This document shows positions 42,501 through 55,353 of a stretch of DNA of 64,000 nt, piece by piece. Origin of the DNA: Phaeosaccion multiseriatum (Eukaryota > Protista > Ochrophyta, other classes); contig OZ218951.1 of NCBI GenBank assembly GCA_965112735.1, positions 5,766,001 through 5,830,000 of the forward strand, written 5' to 3'. A model generated the notes under the pieces. The model had not been told where the DNA came from. It saw nothing but the letters and a program-made list of their open reading frames with translations, and did not search any database. Position numbers and translations under genes: made by a program. Position 1 is the stretch's first letter. Every line of letters begins with the position of its first letter.

Positions 42501-45270
42501 CTCAAGTCAACCTCTGTTCCTCCATCGTCTCATCACGATTCATGACCCTCGTTCCTACCTCTACATTTTCTGACGGTTGATCCGTCATCGTTGGACGTGG
42601 GGCTGATGGTGTTGTAATATCGCACGACCGGGATTCATGGAAAACGAGAGTACATCGTACAGCAATACGTGAGCACCAACGCAAACAGAGAGGCACGAGG
42701 GAGGGGGGGGGGGGTGAGCGAGAGACTGCGGGAGGCGGAGAGAAAAGCAGGCATGTCATGCGACGCACTCCTCGACATGTTGGCCGGCCAACACTCGCAC
42801 ACGCCGGGGAGGAAAGGCACCTGCCAAGTGCGGTGCTTTGCTTGCGGCCACTCACCAAGAGTCCCCAAAGCAGCATGATGTGCCAGTTGTTCCTAGTGTC
42901 TGTTCGCCACAGCCGGGAGTGATAGAGCGTGCAAAGGAGGTGATGATCGGTCAGTCATCACATCACATCGCATGGCTGGCTGGGGCGTGCACGTATGTCT
43001 CCTTTACTCCCCCTGGCATGGGCTGGTCCAGTGCCTGCCCTGGCCGCTCGTCACCCTCTCGTTTACACACACACATCTAGACTAGTGCAGACAAATCAGC
43101 GCAGACATACACATACACACACACCTCTAGACTAGTGCAGGCGTCCTGACTCTCGCACAAAGCGACGGAATCCTCCTCAAAGTCGGCGCTCTGTGCGGAG
43201 CAGGGTGGACGTTGACGAAACAAGCAAGAGGGCACGAGGTCAGCACAGAGAGGAGGAGTCAAGGGACGGGAAAGACTTCAGGTGTGGGCAGTGTAGCGGT
43301 ACGATAGTAGCAAGGCACTCAATCGGCCAGATGACATTGAGAGCGGAGTTGGGCCGCCCGATAACTCACCCTACAGGCGTCACTCGCACTGCAGGCCGCG
43401 GTGGAGGTGCCGTCGAAATTGGCACCCTGAGATTGAAGGGGAACATGGTGAGCGTTACGAGAAAAAGAGTGCAGGAGGTCACCAAGAGGGACACACGGGG
43501 GAAGGTCAGGAGAGGGGGAAAGCTTGAGGTGTAGGCCGTGTAGCGGTAGCTACGACAGGAGCAAGGCACGATCGGCCAGATGACATTGAGAGCGCGCATG
43601 GGCCGCCCATTTACTCACAAAACAGGAGAAGGACACAGAGCAGGCCGCGCTGGAGGTGCCGGAGAAATTGGCCTCCTGTAATACAAAGGATTCATGGTGG
43701 GTGTAGACGAGACAAGAGGGCGGGAGGTCAGCAGAGGGACACAGGGGGCAGGACAGGAGAGGGGGAAAGCTTGAGGTGTGGCTGGGCCGTGTAGCGGTAG
43801 CTACGACAGGAGCAAGACACAATCGGGCAGATGACACCGAGAGCGCACATGGGCTGCCCGATACCTCACCTCACAAGAGCCCGCCACATTGCAGGCTGCG
43901 CTGGAGGTGCCAGAAAAAGAGGCCCCCTGTGATTGAAGGGGAACATGGAGTGTGTAGACGAGAAAAGAGGGCAGGAGGTGAGCAGAGGGACAGGGGGGAG
44001 GCCAGGAGAGGGGGGAAGCTTTAGGTGTAGGCCGTGTAGCGGTAGCTACGACAGGAGCAAGACATACACATCGGCCAGATGACAGCGAGAGCGTACATGG
44101 GCCGCCCATTTACTCACAAAACAAGATCTTCCAACGCCGCAGACTACGGTGGAGGTGCCGGAGAAAGTGACATCCTGTAATACAAAGGATTCATGGTGGG
44201 TGTAGACGAGACAAAAGGGCGGGAGGTCAGCAGAGGGACACAGGGGGGCAGGTCAGGAGAGGGGAGAAGCAAGCTTGAGGTGTGGGCCGCGTAGCGGTAC
44301 GACAGGAGCAAGATACTTCATCGGCGAGATGACAACGAGAGCGGAGGTTGGTTGGGTGACTCCTCACACAACGACGGGACATGAGGTTAGCCGCGACCAC
44401 AACATGGAGGAGTTGAATGAACACGAGCGACGGCTTCCATGACCGTGTGGGGAGGAGGGGGTGCACAGGGGACAGTTGGGGGGGGGGCAGCAGCTGCACA
44501 AACTCCTTACTCACGCTACAGCTACCGTCTTTCTCGCACATAACGGAGCAGTTCTTCATAACGGGTGAGCGGAGGCGAGGTGGGCCCAAGGGGTGGAACC
44601 GAGCAGCCGTATACGATGGTAGAGAGGAGCAAACGACGACAAAGGGCAGCAGGAGGGCGTTAGCTAGGATGGGTATTTGTGTGTGTTGGGGGGGGGGGGG
44701 GGGCTGCTTTAGCTCAAGATGCGCGCAAGCTAAACGCAAATGGCACGAGGACGAGGGTGTATTGAAGGACAATGCAACACCACGGCCGACACTTGAAGCC
44801 CACTCGGGAACTTACCTCAAACGTCGTCAGCTGGCGAGACGAGGAAGAGATGCGTACCAACGGTCAAGGACATCGTCCGATCCCCGTGCGCGATATCCAC
44901 CCAACACGAGGATATGCGCCGCGCAGCAGGTGCCAGGGGGAGAGGCAGAGGAACCCACGTGAGGAGGCGAAATGGGGTGTCAGAAGGGCTCACTACCTCA
45001 CATACAGTTGGGAAGACTCAAAGACAGCACTTGCACAGAGCACAAATCACCAAGACAATTCGAGGGTCCGCATAGAGGAGCCAAAACGCCAGCGAGGGGC
45101 GGCTTGCGGGGCCCATCCATCGCGGGTGAGACGGCGGGGGGCATCTACGTGCACACGCACCCGGCAATTCGAGTCTGTACAGACCACCGCTTGATCATCA
45201 GGAGAGTCGCACGTGCATGTGCTTGCGAAGGCGGTGACAGTGTATGCCGCCGTGCACACAGTCGTCCAGT
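39524..45270 (-). CDS. Modular secreted protein: exon-encoded 19-aa Cys repeats + thrombospondin type-3 repeat + beta-sandwich + root-cap/VWD-like domain (13 or more exons; 5' end unresolved)
   Basis: Phase-consistent exons 44553-44515, 44174-44118, 43926-43870, 43675-43619, 43426-43370, 43190-43125, 42899-42856, 42602-42559, 42315-42279, 41915-41845, 41718-41293, 40815-40655 and 40327-39524. These give DADGDGIVDNVDNCRSDANAGQEDSDEDGEGDACD (TSP3) and QGDPMVFGFKQQIFLFKGAHNAWY (GDP..G..F.F.G motif), plus RRL motifs. Confidence 0.75.
43125..44370 (-). repeat. Tandem array of ~250-bp exon+intron cassettes (5 intron copies, 4 intact 57-nt exons plus a terminal 66-nt exon)
   Basis: Recurrent intronic blocks such as GTAGCGGTAGCTACGACAGGAGCAAG...GGCCAGATGACA with a period of 248-251 bp. 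Confidence 0.88.
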
Positions 45271-45996
45271 CTGGGCGTGGGCCGGGCGATGCATGCGAAC
45301 GGAAGACACAACAAAGAAGAACACGGTATCAGCAAAGAGACGCCGCGAGCAGGGGATAGACTAGGGAAGGTGCAGAGTCCAATTCCCAGAAAGCAAGAAG
45401 TGAGTACTGCGGGGCAGCACCGGCCGCTGCTGCCCGTTCACTTCTTGGGTACCAATAAGCCTGGGGAGAGGCAGAAGCTTCTCAAGTACAAGAGGACATC
45501 TGCCCGCTGCCAACCTGTTTGGCCTCGGACCGGTTGAAGATGGTGTTGTAGAGTGAGAATTAGAAAGAGCCCCGCCCTCCTCCTCCAAGATGACCTCGGC
45601 TTGTTCAGCAAGGGCCGGAGAAGGGCCGGAGAGGTGAAAGGCAGAAGGACGAAGGTAGGGGGCGGTGTTGGCACGGGAAGCAAGAGAGGGAGTCAGCTCT
45701 GCCACAGAGCGAGAGACTAATAAAGGTCGCTCAGCAGCTAGCGCCATCAGCCAGCCAGAGAGTGCCATGGTGGCGTGGCTGCCGCTTCGAGGGCTCGTCC
45801 TCCCCACCTACATAGGCAGGCAGCCATCTCCGTCCCTCCCCTTCTGCCTTCCATGCTCATGTACCACACCTAAAAGGCCTCATGGAAACAGGCAGGATGA
45901 GAAAGCCACAAAACGCCAAGAAATCAAGAAATGATAAGAGTAGATACCTTATGCCCGTCGTGCATGGCAGCAGTCCCAAGAGGGATAAGCGTCTCC

Positions 45997-46033
<37 letters not shown>

Positions 46034-46356
46034 CCTCTTTCTCTCTCTCTATAAAAATGGGTGTATGCGAAAAAAGTGGGAGAAAATGAAAAAATGAAAA
46101 AATGGCGGAAAATGGAAAATCGGAAAAACCGCGAAAAAACGGGTCTATAGAGCTGAAACGTAAATTGCACGATACCTCGATCTCAGAATTTTTCTCCTTT
46201 CTTATTTGTTGCTTTGCTGCTGCTGCTGAAGCGAGGAGACTTGCGAGGAAGACGTGGCACAGTCCCCAATACTCCACGGAGACTCGTTGCTGAGGTGTAA
46301 GGCTCAGTCAGCAGAGGGAAGAAGGTGCTGCTGCGTCAGGAGGAGAGCTTTGAAAC

Positions 46357-47940
46357 ATGATACACGATTTGCCACTGCTGCTCCTCATGGCAGTGGTGCT
46401 GGGGGTGCTGGTGCTGCAGTGGAGAGAGTCTATGTCCACTCTGGAGGACACACTCCTGCGCCACCCAGACGTGGCCGTCATTCGAAAGCTTCAATTTTTC
46501 GGATCTACCAGAAGCTCCAGCACAAGCTACTTCGCCCCCCCCCCCACCACCACCACCACCACCACCACCACCACCAGCAGCAGCAGCAGAATCAGCAGCA
46601 GCACTATCCCTGTAGTAACCTACGGTGTGAGCTCGAGCACCGTTATCTACTATGATGACGACGGCGGCTACGACGACGACGACTTTTATTCCGGAGCATC
46701 GAGTCTTCGACACTTATCCAGAGGCGGGGGGTTGTCTGCTGTGGTCGCCTTATTCGTGATCCTTTTGCTCTCGCTGGACCTGCTGCAGGTTGGGACTGCG
46801 TTCTCCCCAAGCTGCGCCACCACCTCAACCACCAGGGTAGCAGCGAGGGGGCTCAGGGCCAGAGGAACCAGCACCAAGGGGCGCGCTGGCTTTGGGTATG
46901 CAGCAACCTCGACGGCCAGGAGAGCCCCTGGGAGAGCCCAGCGGGGCATGCGCCGGCATATATCGGTGTGGGGGAGGAAGGAGGGAGTCGATGGGGAGGA
47001 GAATCTTGACGATGGTGAGGGCCTTGGCCGCAATGAGGACGACCGGGGGGGGGCAGCGGAGTCTGAGGACACAAAAAGTGAGTTGCCATCCACGCCCCGA
47101 AAGGGCAAATACTATATCCGTGCCGACGGGGAGATTGCACAGTATGGTATGGAGGGGGGAGAGGGGGGGGGTGAAGGCAGCGGGCAGCAGGCTGATCGCG
47201 GAGAAGGGTGGCTGGAAAGAGAAAAGGCAAAGCTGAAGAAGGCAATGGAAATGAGCGAGGAGAAGGAAGGGGAGGGGGACGGGGAGGGGGAGGGAGGGAG
47301 TGCCAAGGGGGAGGTGATGGAAGAAGAGACGGAGGAAAACATCCCCTTAGTCAGGGAAGACCCCTTCATCACCAAGCGTAGGGAACTTTATGCCGAGTCG
47401 GCCTATTATGACGAGCCTTTGCCCGAACGACCAAGGTGAGGTGACGGCACGCAGCGTCTCATAGCGCCATACCATCACGTGGATAAAGCATGGTGCCGCT
47501 CAACCCCTGAGAGCGAGAGAGAGGAAGAGTCCCGAGGGTGGGGTGCAGGGAGGGGAGGGGAGGGGAAGCACCACGGGGAAGCACAGGGAAGATGCTCCAT
47601 GCACCTCTCGGTCGGCTAACCCTCATCCTGCCCTACCTCCCTCCCTCCATCACCCTGCCCTCCCTCCCTCTCCCTCTCCTCCCCTTCCCCCCTCCCTCCC
47701 TCCCCTCTCCTCCTCTCTCTGTCTCTCTCTCTCTCTCTGTCCTCCTCAAGGTGGGGCCCCGGTGGCATCTTCCCTGTGGACGTGAGCGCCACGGGATCCT
47801 TCCTGACGCTCGTGCCCTTCGCGCTCATTGCCGTGGTGGGCCTGGCCACCCTCGGGGCCGTGAATCTCGAGAGCGCCAAGCAGGACAGCATCTCTGTCCA
47901 GCGGGTGCAAGACGTCAGCGGGGACGACTTCTGGCAGTAG
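46357..47940 (+). CDS. Unknown protein, probably plastid membrane (signal + TAF-SP motif, C-terminal TM), 2 exons; start uncertain
   Basis: VVALFVILLLSLDLLQVGTAFSP followed by an R/T/A-rich transit-like segment. Intron about 47436-47749 joins to WGPGGIFP...FALIAVVGLATLG...FWQ*. Confidence 0.5.
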
Positions 47941-48314
47941 TAGCACGAGCAGTATATTTTTCTTTTCTTTTAGCACTAGTAGTAACTGTAGAAGGGGGGG
48001 GGGGAGAAAAATGTTATAGGAGAATACGTAGTTACTTGTTTTTGCTATATTCCTTCTCCATCGACTCCACTTTGGTGTGTAAGGTCACATGAACTGAAAA
48101 CCCAAACCTGAAAATCCCTTCTTGATTGAAATATGTCCACGTACCAAAAGTGTATGCAAGCTCCCTCTCGACAGAAAAGAGAAAGGAGGGTAAAGATAAT
48201 ACCCCGTGAGGACATGCTGCACCAAGGGCTCGAAGCCGAATGCTTTGCTATGCTCTATTGCTTACATGTACACTATGAGAGGCCTCCTCTAACCCCAGAG
48301 CTCTCCTGCCGCCT

Positions 48315-51300
48315 TCACTCGAAGTCGTCGCTGTCGTCGTCCTCCTCCTCCGCCTCCTCTTCCTCCGCCTCCTCCTCCTCCTCCTCCTCCTCCTCCTCCT
48401 CCTCCTCCTCCTCCTCCTCCTCCCCCCTAACTCCATCCTCCTCCTCTTGCCCCCCCCCCTTGGTCTCCTCCACTCCTTCCTGCCCCCCCTCCCCCTCCCC
48501 CTCCCCCGGCTCTTGGCTCAGCCTGCTCATCTTAGCGGGCCTCTCTGGCGAAGCAGTCACTGTGGGTGCGTGTGTGGCTGTGGGCGCGTGTATGGCCGTG
48601 GTCCGCTTGGAGCCGCACACTTGACACTTCTTGCGGCGCCCCCCATTGTTGAAGGTGCACGTCGCACAGCTCCACTGAGAGGGGGAGGACTGCTTGGGCT
48701 TGGGCTGGGGCCTGCTGGCCCGGCCGTGATCTGCTGTATCACCAACTGCTGTTGCTGGTGCTGCTTCTGCTGCTGCTATTGTTGGTTCGGGTGGGAATGC
48801 GAGGGGCGGGAAAAGAGATGGAGAGACAAGAGATGAGAAAAGGCAAGAGAAGAGATCGAGAGGCGGATGGAGAGCCGAAGCTGTGGAGGGGGAGGAGAAG
48901 GAGGAAGAAAATCGATACGCACACTGGGAGGGCACCCTCTCCACTAACCTGATGGAGGACTATGGGCAGGTGAGGCTCTCGCCCGCGCCGTCTCCTTCGC
49001 TCCGATATCGACAATTTCCACTGCAGAGTGCAAGCCAAGTGAAAAGACAGCTGCGCGTCAAGGCAAGAGCTTACGCGAACGAGGAGCGACAAAAAGCTGG
49101 GACAGCGAGCGGCAAAGAGGAAGTGGAACCGATACACACGCACACACACGCACACGCACACACACACACAATTGCCATCCCCTCCTCCGCACCCACCGTC
49201 GCTGTCTCGACCGCTGTCAAGGTCGCTGTCGCCACTGCTGTGTCCATAGTCGCCGCCCTCCTGCCTGCCCTTGCTCTTGCCCCTGCCCCTGCCCTCACCC
49301 TCTCCCCCGGCCTTGGACAGGAGGCGGCGCTTCTTGCCCTTGCTCTGGCGAGGACTCGTTGGCGGACCTTCCACCGCCCCAGCTCCATCAGCTGCCATCC
49401 CTTCCTCGTCGCCGTCGCTCTCACTCCCACTCCCCCTCCCACCACCATCATCATCATCGTCATCACTCTCCTCGTCTTCGTCGCTCTCGCTCATGTCCCC
49501 CCCCGCCGCCCTCCTCGCGGCCTTGTCCGCCTCCCGCTGCGCGTCCTCCTCCTCCTTCCTCTCCTTCGCCACCCGCTCCACCTCTGCATCCACTGCCATC
49601 CTCTTCTCGATGAGGCCCCAGGTCACCTCGAGCCCGAACACGAAGCTGATGAGGGAGTCCCCCGTGCCCGCCAGTGCGGTCCGCAGCACGACGTCGTCAA
49701 CTGTGTCGACGGTGTAGTGGTGGCTCCAGCTGTTGAGGTCCTCCTCGGACGGCATGCCCATCTGAGGCTTGTAGCGGTTATTCGACCCCGCCGTCCCTCC
49801 CTCTCCCTCCTCCCCCCCATCCTCCCCCCCCCCCTCCCCATCAGCTGCCATCCCCCTCTCCTCCTTCTCCCTCCTCGCCCTCTCTGCCCGCACCTCCTCC
49901 ATCGCCTCAGCCTTGGCCACCATGAGCCTTGGAGCAAGCCCCGCCCACTCCTCCTCGAACAGCGGCTGGATCAGCTCCACCGCCTTGACGGCAGGGTGCG
50001 CCTCCCCTCCCTCCATGAGCCCCCACTGTTCCCACGTTTTGCGCACCGTGGAGAAGAGGAGGTTCATATCCTTGGCGAAGGCAGGCACGCTGCAGTACAC
50101 CTCCCCCCCGCCGTCCGCTGCCATCTCCTCCTCTACTCCAAGCTTGTTCCACACGGAGGTCAGGTCCATCTCCAGTCCCGACGCGCACGGCGGGGACGCA
50201 GGAGGAGAGCAGCTCCCCCCTATTGTATCACCAACTGCCGCCCCTCCACATCCACTGCCATCCTTACCCCCCTCCGGAGGCGGGGTGTTCTCGTCCCCTT
50301 CCGCGGGCTGCTGTTGCTGTAGCTGCTGCTGTACCACCAACTGCTGTGCCTGTGGGTCTAAAGGCTTCTTGCTCCGAACAAGGCACTGGGCCTCAGGCAT
50401 GGCCATGATCTGCTGGAGGAGCGCCGCACACATTTCAAGCTGACGTGGGATGGCCAGGGTTTCCGCCTCCTCCGCATCGTCCTAGAAAGAGCCGGAGGGT
50501 ATGAGAGGGTATGAGAGGCATGAAGCATGAAGAAGAGGCCACGAGCAGAGCTACGCACCGAGTCTGCCTGCTCCCCCGTACCCATACACCTCTAACCAAC
50601 CCCATGCCCATATTATTCTAACCCACCCATGCCCCGTACCCCTCCACCAAACACCCACCTTGGCAGCCTTGACGGCCTCAGCAATGTCGCACCGCTTGCA
50701 GTTGAGCTTGCTGTGCGTGTCCGACGGCGTGTTCTCCGTCAGCCGGAAAAGGTTCTTGAGGTCCTTCGAGGACAGGCTGTTCACCTGCATCAGGCATCAG
50801 GGGGAGGACGGGGATGGCAGCGGATGATGGGCGGGGGTCATTTTGGGGGGGTAGACGAAGAGGACAGAGGGAATTGATCTACAATGCCGACACTTGTGGA
50901 CGACTTTCCCCAGGACGGGTCCAACAACGACAGCAGTTGGTGATACGATACAGACGCAGCAGTTGTTGGTATACCTCCTGCTTGTCGTCGACGATGTTCT
51001 GCAGGCCCTCCTTGCTGAGCTGGCGTTGGAAGATCTTCTCCTCGATGGTGCCCGTGGACAGGAAGCGGTACACAAAGCACCTGAGGGCGCATGAGTAGCG
51101 TAGGAGGAGGAGGAGGAGGAGGAGGAGGAGGAGGAGGGGTAGTAGAAGTAGTAAATTGTAGTCGGGCGTACGGGCATATGGGCATACTATGGTAAGCGGC
51201 AAGCTGGCAAAGCGGGCAAAGCAGGCACGCAGGGGAAGAGAGGGCGAGAGCAGAGACGGACGGGTTCCTTACAAAACATGTCCACCTCTTACCTCTTCTT

Positions 51301-52899
51301 CTGGCCGTCCCACCCCACATGTCCACCTCTTACCTCTTCTTCTGGCCGTCCCTCCACACGCGTGCGGCGGCTTGCTTGTCGATGGCGGGGTTCCAATCGG
51401 GGTCGAAGAGCACAAGTCTATTGGCCCCGATGAGGTTCAGACCGCACCCGCCGGCCTTGCTGGAGAGCAGAAAGGCGAAGGCGTTGGCATTCGGGTCGTT
51501 AAAAGCATCCACAAGCTTCTGGCGCTTCCCCACAGAGGTGCTTCCATCGAGGCGCACGAAGGGCCATGTGCTCTGTCTGCAGAGGGAGCCGATGAGGTCC
51601 AGTGTGTTGGTGTAGTTTGATACCACCACGATGCGGTCGTTGCCAAGGGTACGCATGCTCCTAGTTGGTGGTGGGGAGGGAGGGAGGGAGAGAGGGAGGG
51701 GGGGAGGGAGGGAGGGACAGAGGGAGTGCAGTTGGTCACTGCCCTTCTCCACAGCGGTCTCCCTGACCAGAGCTCACGCCCTTTGCACATCCGCACACAC
51801 ACACCCTTCCCGACACCTCTTCCTTCCCTTCCCTTCCCTTCCCTTGCTACTCTACTGCCTGCATGCCGTGACAGACGAAACTGACGTAACTGACGTAACT
51901 GACCTCATGAGGCGGAAGAGCGTTTCCATCTTGCCTGACCACTCGGGATGCACCTCCTGCGAGCGGTGGTGCCTTCCCCCCCCCTTTTGCGCCTCCACAG
52001 GCAGCAGAGATAGCACCTCCTCCATGCCCTGCCACGCACGCACGCACGCACGCACACACAAGCACCCACTTGAATCGATAATACTCCGCCTTGAGCGAAC
52101 ATGCAAAGGGAAGAGACATAGTAGAGGCATACGCTAGAGGCATAGTACACTTTCTCCCTTTCTCTCTCCCTCTCCCTCTCTCTCTCTCTCTCTCACGCAC
52201 CTTGCCCCCCTCTAGGATCTTGGGGTGGTTGCAGAGCTTCTGCATGGCCCCGATGCAGCTGAGGATGTTGCTCTGCTTGCCATTGAGGATGTGCCTGATC
52301 TCCTTGCCGTTGAGTAAGTGGCGGTACATGCGCACCTGCAGGTCCGTCAGACGGCAGGCCACCACCTGAGGGAGGGTTGCAGTTGGAGTTGGCCATAGAA
52401 GGGAAGCCCTCGGTACCTCCCTAGTTGTCCAGTATTGGATGGATCATTTCCACTAAACTGCAACTTGCACTGCAACAGCTCAACAGTTCTCGTCAAATAC
52501 CGCACTGAACGAACTGACTTGCTTTCTGACTGACTGACTGACTGACTGACCTGCACGAGCTTTGGCGGGAGGTGCTTGGCGTTGAGCGTGTTGGTTCTCC
52601 GCAAGATGAACTCGTTCACAACTGAAGACATGGAGTTCTGCACCTTCTGCGCCTTGGCCACCTCCCCCTCTGTGGCGTGAGGCTCGCGGGCGATGAGAAT
52701 GGGCCGCATGACGGTCTAAGGCCAGTAGAGATGGCAGGGGACGGCAAGGATTGCAGTCGATGGGAGGTCAGAAGCAGCAACGATGGCAGTGGATGGCAGT
52801 GGCTGGGAAGGGGCAGAGGGGAGGATGGGGAGGAGAGGTGGAGGGAGGGAGAGACGCGGAAGGAGGAACAAGGACAAAGAGACCAAGCACAACAACAGC

Positions 52900-52939
<40 letters not shown>

Positions 52940-54952
52940 CTTCCCCCATCCACTGCCATCCTCCTCACTCCTCACGACCCCCGCCCCTCACCCGATTGAA
53001 GTGCGCAGGGCTGCCGAGGACTCCGGGGTTGGTGAAGTCCACCATAGCGAAGAACTCCGACAGGTCGTTCTGCATGGGGGTGCCCGACAGGAGCACGCGG
53101 CGCCGGCACTTGAGACTCGCGAGGGAACGCGTCGTGGCGGTCTCGCTGTTCTTCAGGCGGTGCGCCTGAGGGGAGGAGAGGAGAGGAGGAGGAGGGGGGG
53201 GGGGATCAGGAGAGAGGTAACACGACATGTGTGCTTTTGGGCACTCTTTCTGCCCCTCCTTGGGCCCCTCCCCGCGCCGCCCCCCAACAAGCCACACCTC
53301 GTCGCAGATGAGCAGGTCGCAGCACTCGTCCTTTTTGGCCTGGAAGAGCTTAACGTGTATGCGGTACGTCTCGTAGGAGATGATGAGCACGCGGTAAAGG
53401 TTGGAACTGAGGAACAGTTTGATGCTGCTGATCACCTGTTCCGAGAGGGATGGGGCAGCGCCACGTGCGTTGAGCAAGGGAAGGGAAGGGGGGTTCAGGG
53501 GATGTATGCATCATGATTCGCACACACACTGTTACACACACACACACACACACTGATACACACACACGTGCGCGTGCTTACCTGGTCCCTGGAAGTCTCG
53601 CTGAGGGCGAGGCACTTGCACTTGCCGCTGAGCCACTTGTCGATCTCCGCCTCCCAGTTCTTCACCAGAGAGGTGGGGCACACCACCAGGCACCTGCACG
53701 CCGTCCAGTGCCATCCAGGGCCATCCATGCGGTGCATACGTGGGGTAGGTGTAACATGCGGTAGGCACATCAGCGAGGGATGAGGGAGGGATGGGGAGGC
53801 CACAGTCAAGGCCCAATGGAATCTCCCGCTCAGAAGTTCCTCCTTATTACTCTCCGCTCCCCCGTGAAGTACCTCTTCAGTAACTCCCCCCCCCAAGCCT
53901 GCAAAGCTGCCAAGGAATACCTCTTCCTCTCCCCTGTCCCCACTTTCAATTCAGCGCAGTGCCCGCCCACCCCAGCAGCACCCCTTGGGACCTTCGGGCC
54001 GTACGGACCACCCATACAATGTCTCCCTCCCTCCCTCCCTCTCCCTCCCTCTCTCACCTGTTGACGGCGGGCTCCCCCTTCTTGAACCCCTGCTTGAGCA
54101 AGGTCCATAGGATTGTGATGCTCTGCAGCGTCTTGCCCAGGCCCATGTCATCAGCAAGAATACAGCCACTGCCCGCGAACTTGTCAGCCCGGAGGCCCAT
54201 GAGGCACTCAAACATGAACTGCACCCCCTCCCTCTGGTGCGGCCGCAGCCACTTGCACAGGATAGGGTCCACCTGGATCATGTGGTGCGTCGTCTCCTCG
54301 GCTCCGTCAACTGCCATCCCGGCCTCCCCTTCTTTTGGAGGAGACTCTGGCTCCTCCTCAGCCGCCGCCGCCGCCGCCACCGGCCCTCCGTTCCTGCCTT
54401 CCCAGAGCACGAGCGGCTCGAAGGAGTCCTTCTCCTTGTCTGCCCCTCCCTCTTCCTCCTCCCCTTCCCCATCCCCGTCCTCCTCCCCCAGCTCCACTGC
54501 CTCCTCCCCTGACTGTGGCGAGATCTGTGGTGCCTTGAAGCCCTTGGAGGGCGCCATGAAAGACACGGTCCTGCGTACCCCGAGAGACTTCCTCCTCAGC
54601 AACGCGTCGCTCTGCCCCGAGCGCTTGCTTCCCTGCGGCTGCTTGAAGGGCCGCCGCACCAGGGGAACGCTCAGACACTCAAGCAAAGGGGCCCGTACCA
54701 CCTCCCCCCCCCCGCTGCACAATGAACTTGCCCCTCGAGGCTTGCCGATGCTGCTGTCACCCCCACCGCCGCTGCTGCTGCTGTTGCTGCTGCTGTTGCT
54801 GCTGCCGCTACTGCTACCAACCAGGCCTCCGCCGGCACGCACGCCGAGCGGCCTCATCAGACCCCTCTTGCTGCCGCCCAGCGCTAACCCTGCCCCTGCC
54901 CCGCCCAGACACACTCTCACCCCTCCACCCCCCACACCACCACCACCACCAC

Positions 54953-54993
<41 letters not shown>

Positions 54994-55136
54994 CTTGCAC
55001 TAGTGCCGGCCGGCCGCAGCGGTTTCGCCGCTCCAGAAGTAGCCGCCTCCCCCGGTGTCGCCCCCGGCGTCGCCCCCCCCGGCGCTGCCCCCCCCGGGGC
55101 TCTGGGCTTCTTGAACGGGGCGTGCGAGCGCCTCAT
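48315..55136 (-). CDS. RAD54: DNA repair/recombination SNF2 helicase RAD54 with C-terminal bromodomain-like region and RanBP2-type Zn finger (multi-exon)
   Basis: Start MRRSHAP; [47 protein letters not shown]|[28 protein letters not shown]-like, [62 protein letters not shown] and SDTHSKLNC. Confidence 0.93.
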
Positions 55137-55322
55137 GTCTCCTCTGCTGCTGCTCGAGCTGCTGCTCCACCTGCCGCCGCTCCTTGCGGGCCTCTATGCG
55201 CTGCTGCCGCTCCTCGTCGTCACGCAGACCGGCAATAAGGCCCTCTTTCCAGGCTGTGGCTCGCGCTGCTGCCCCCGCTACTGCCGCGGCGGTTTGCGCG
55301 GCCGCCCCGCTGCTGCTGGTGT

Positions 55323-55353
<31 letters not shown>

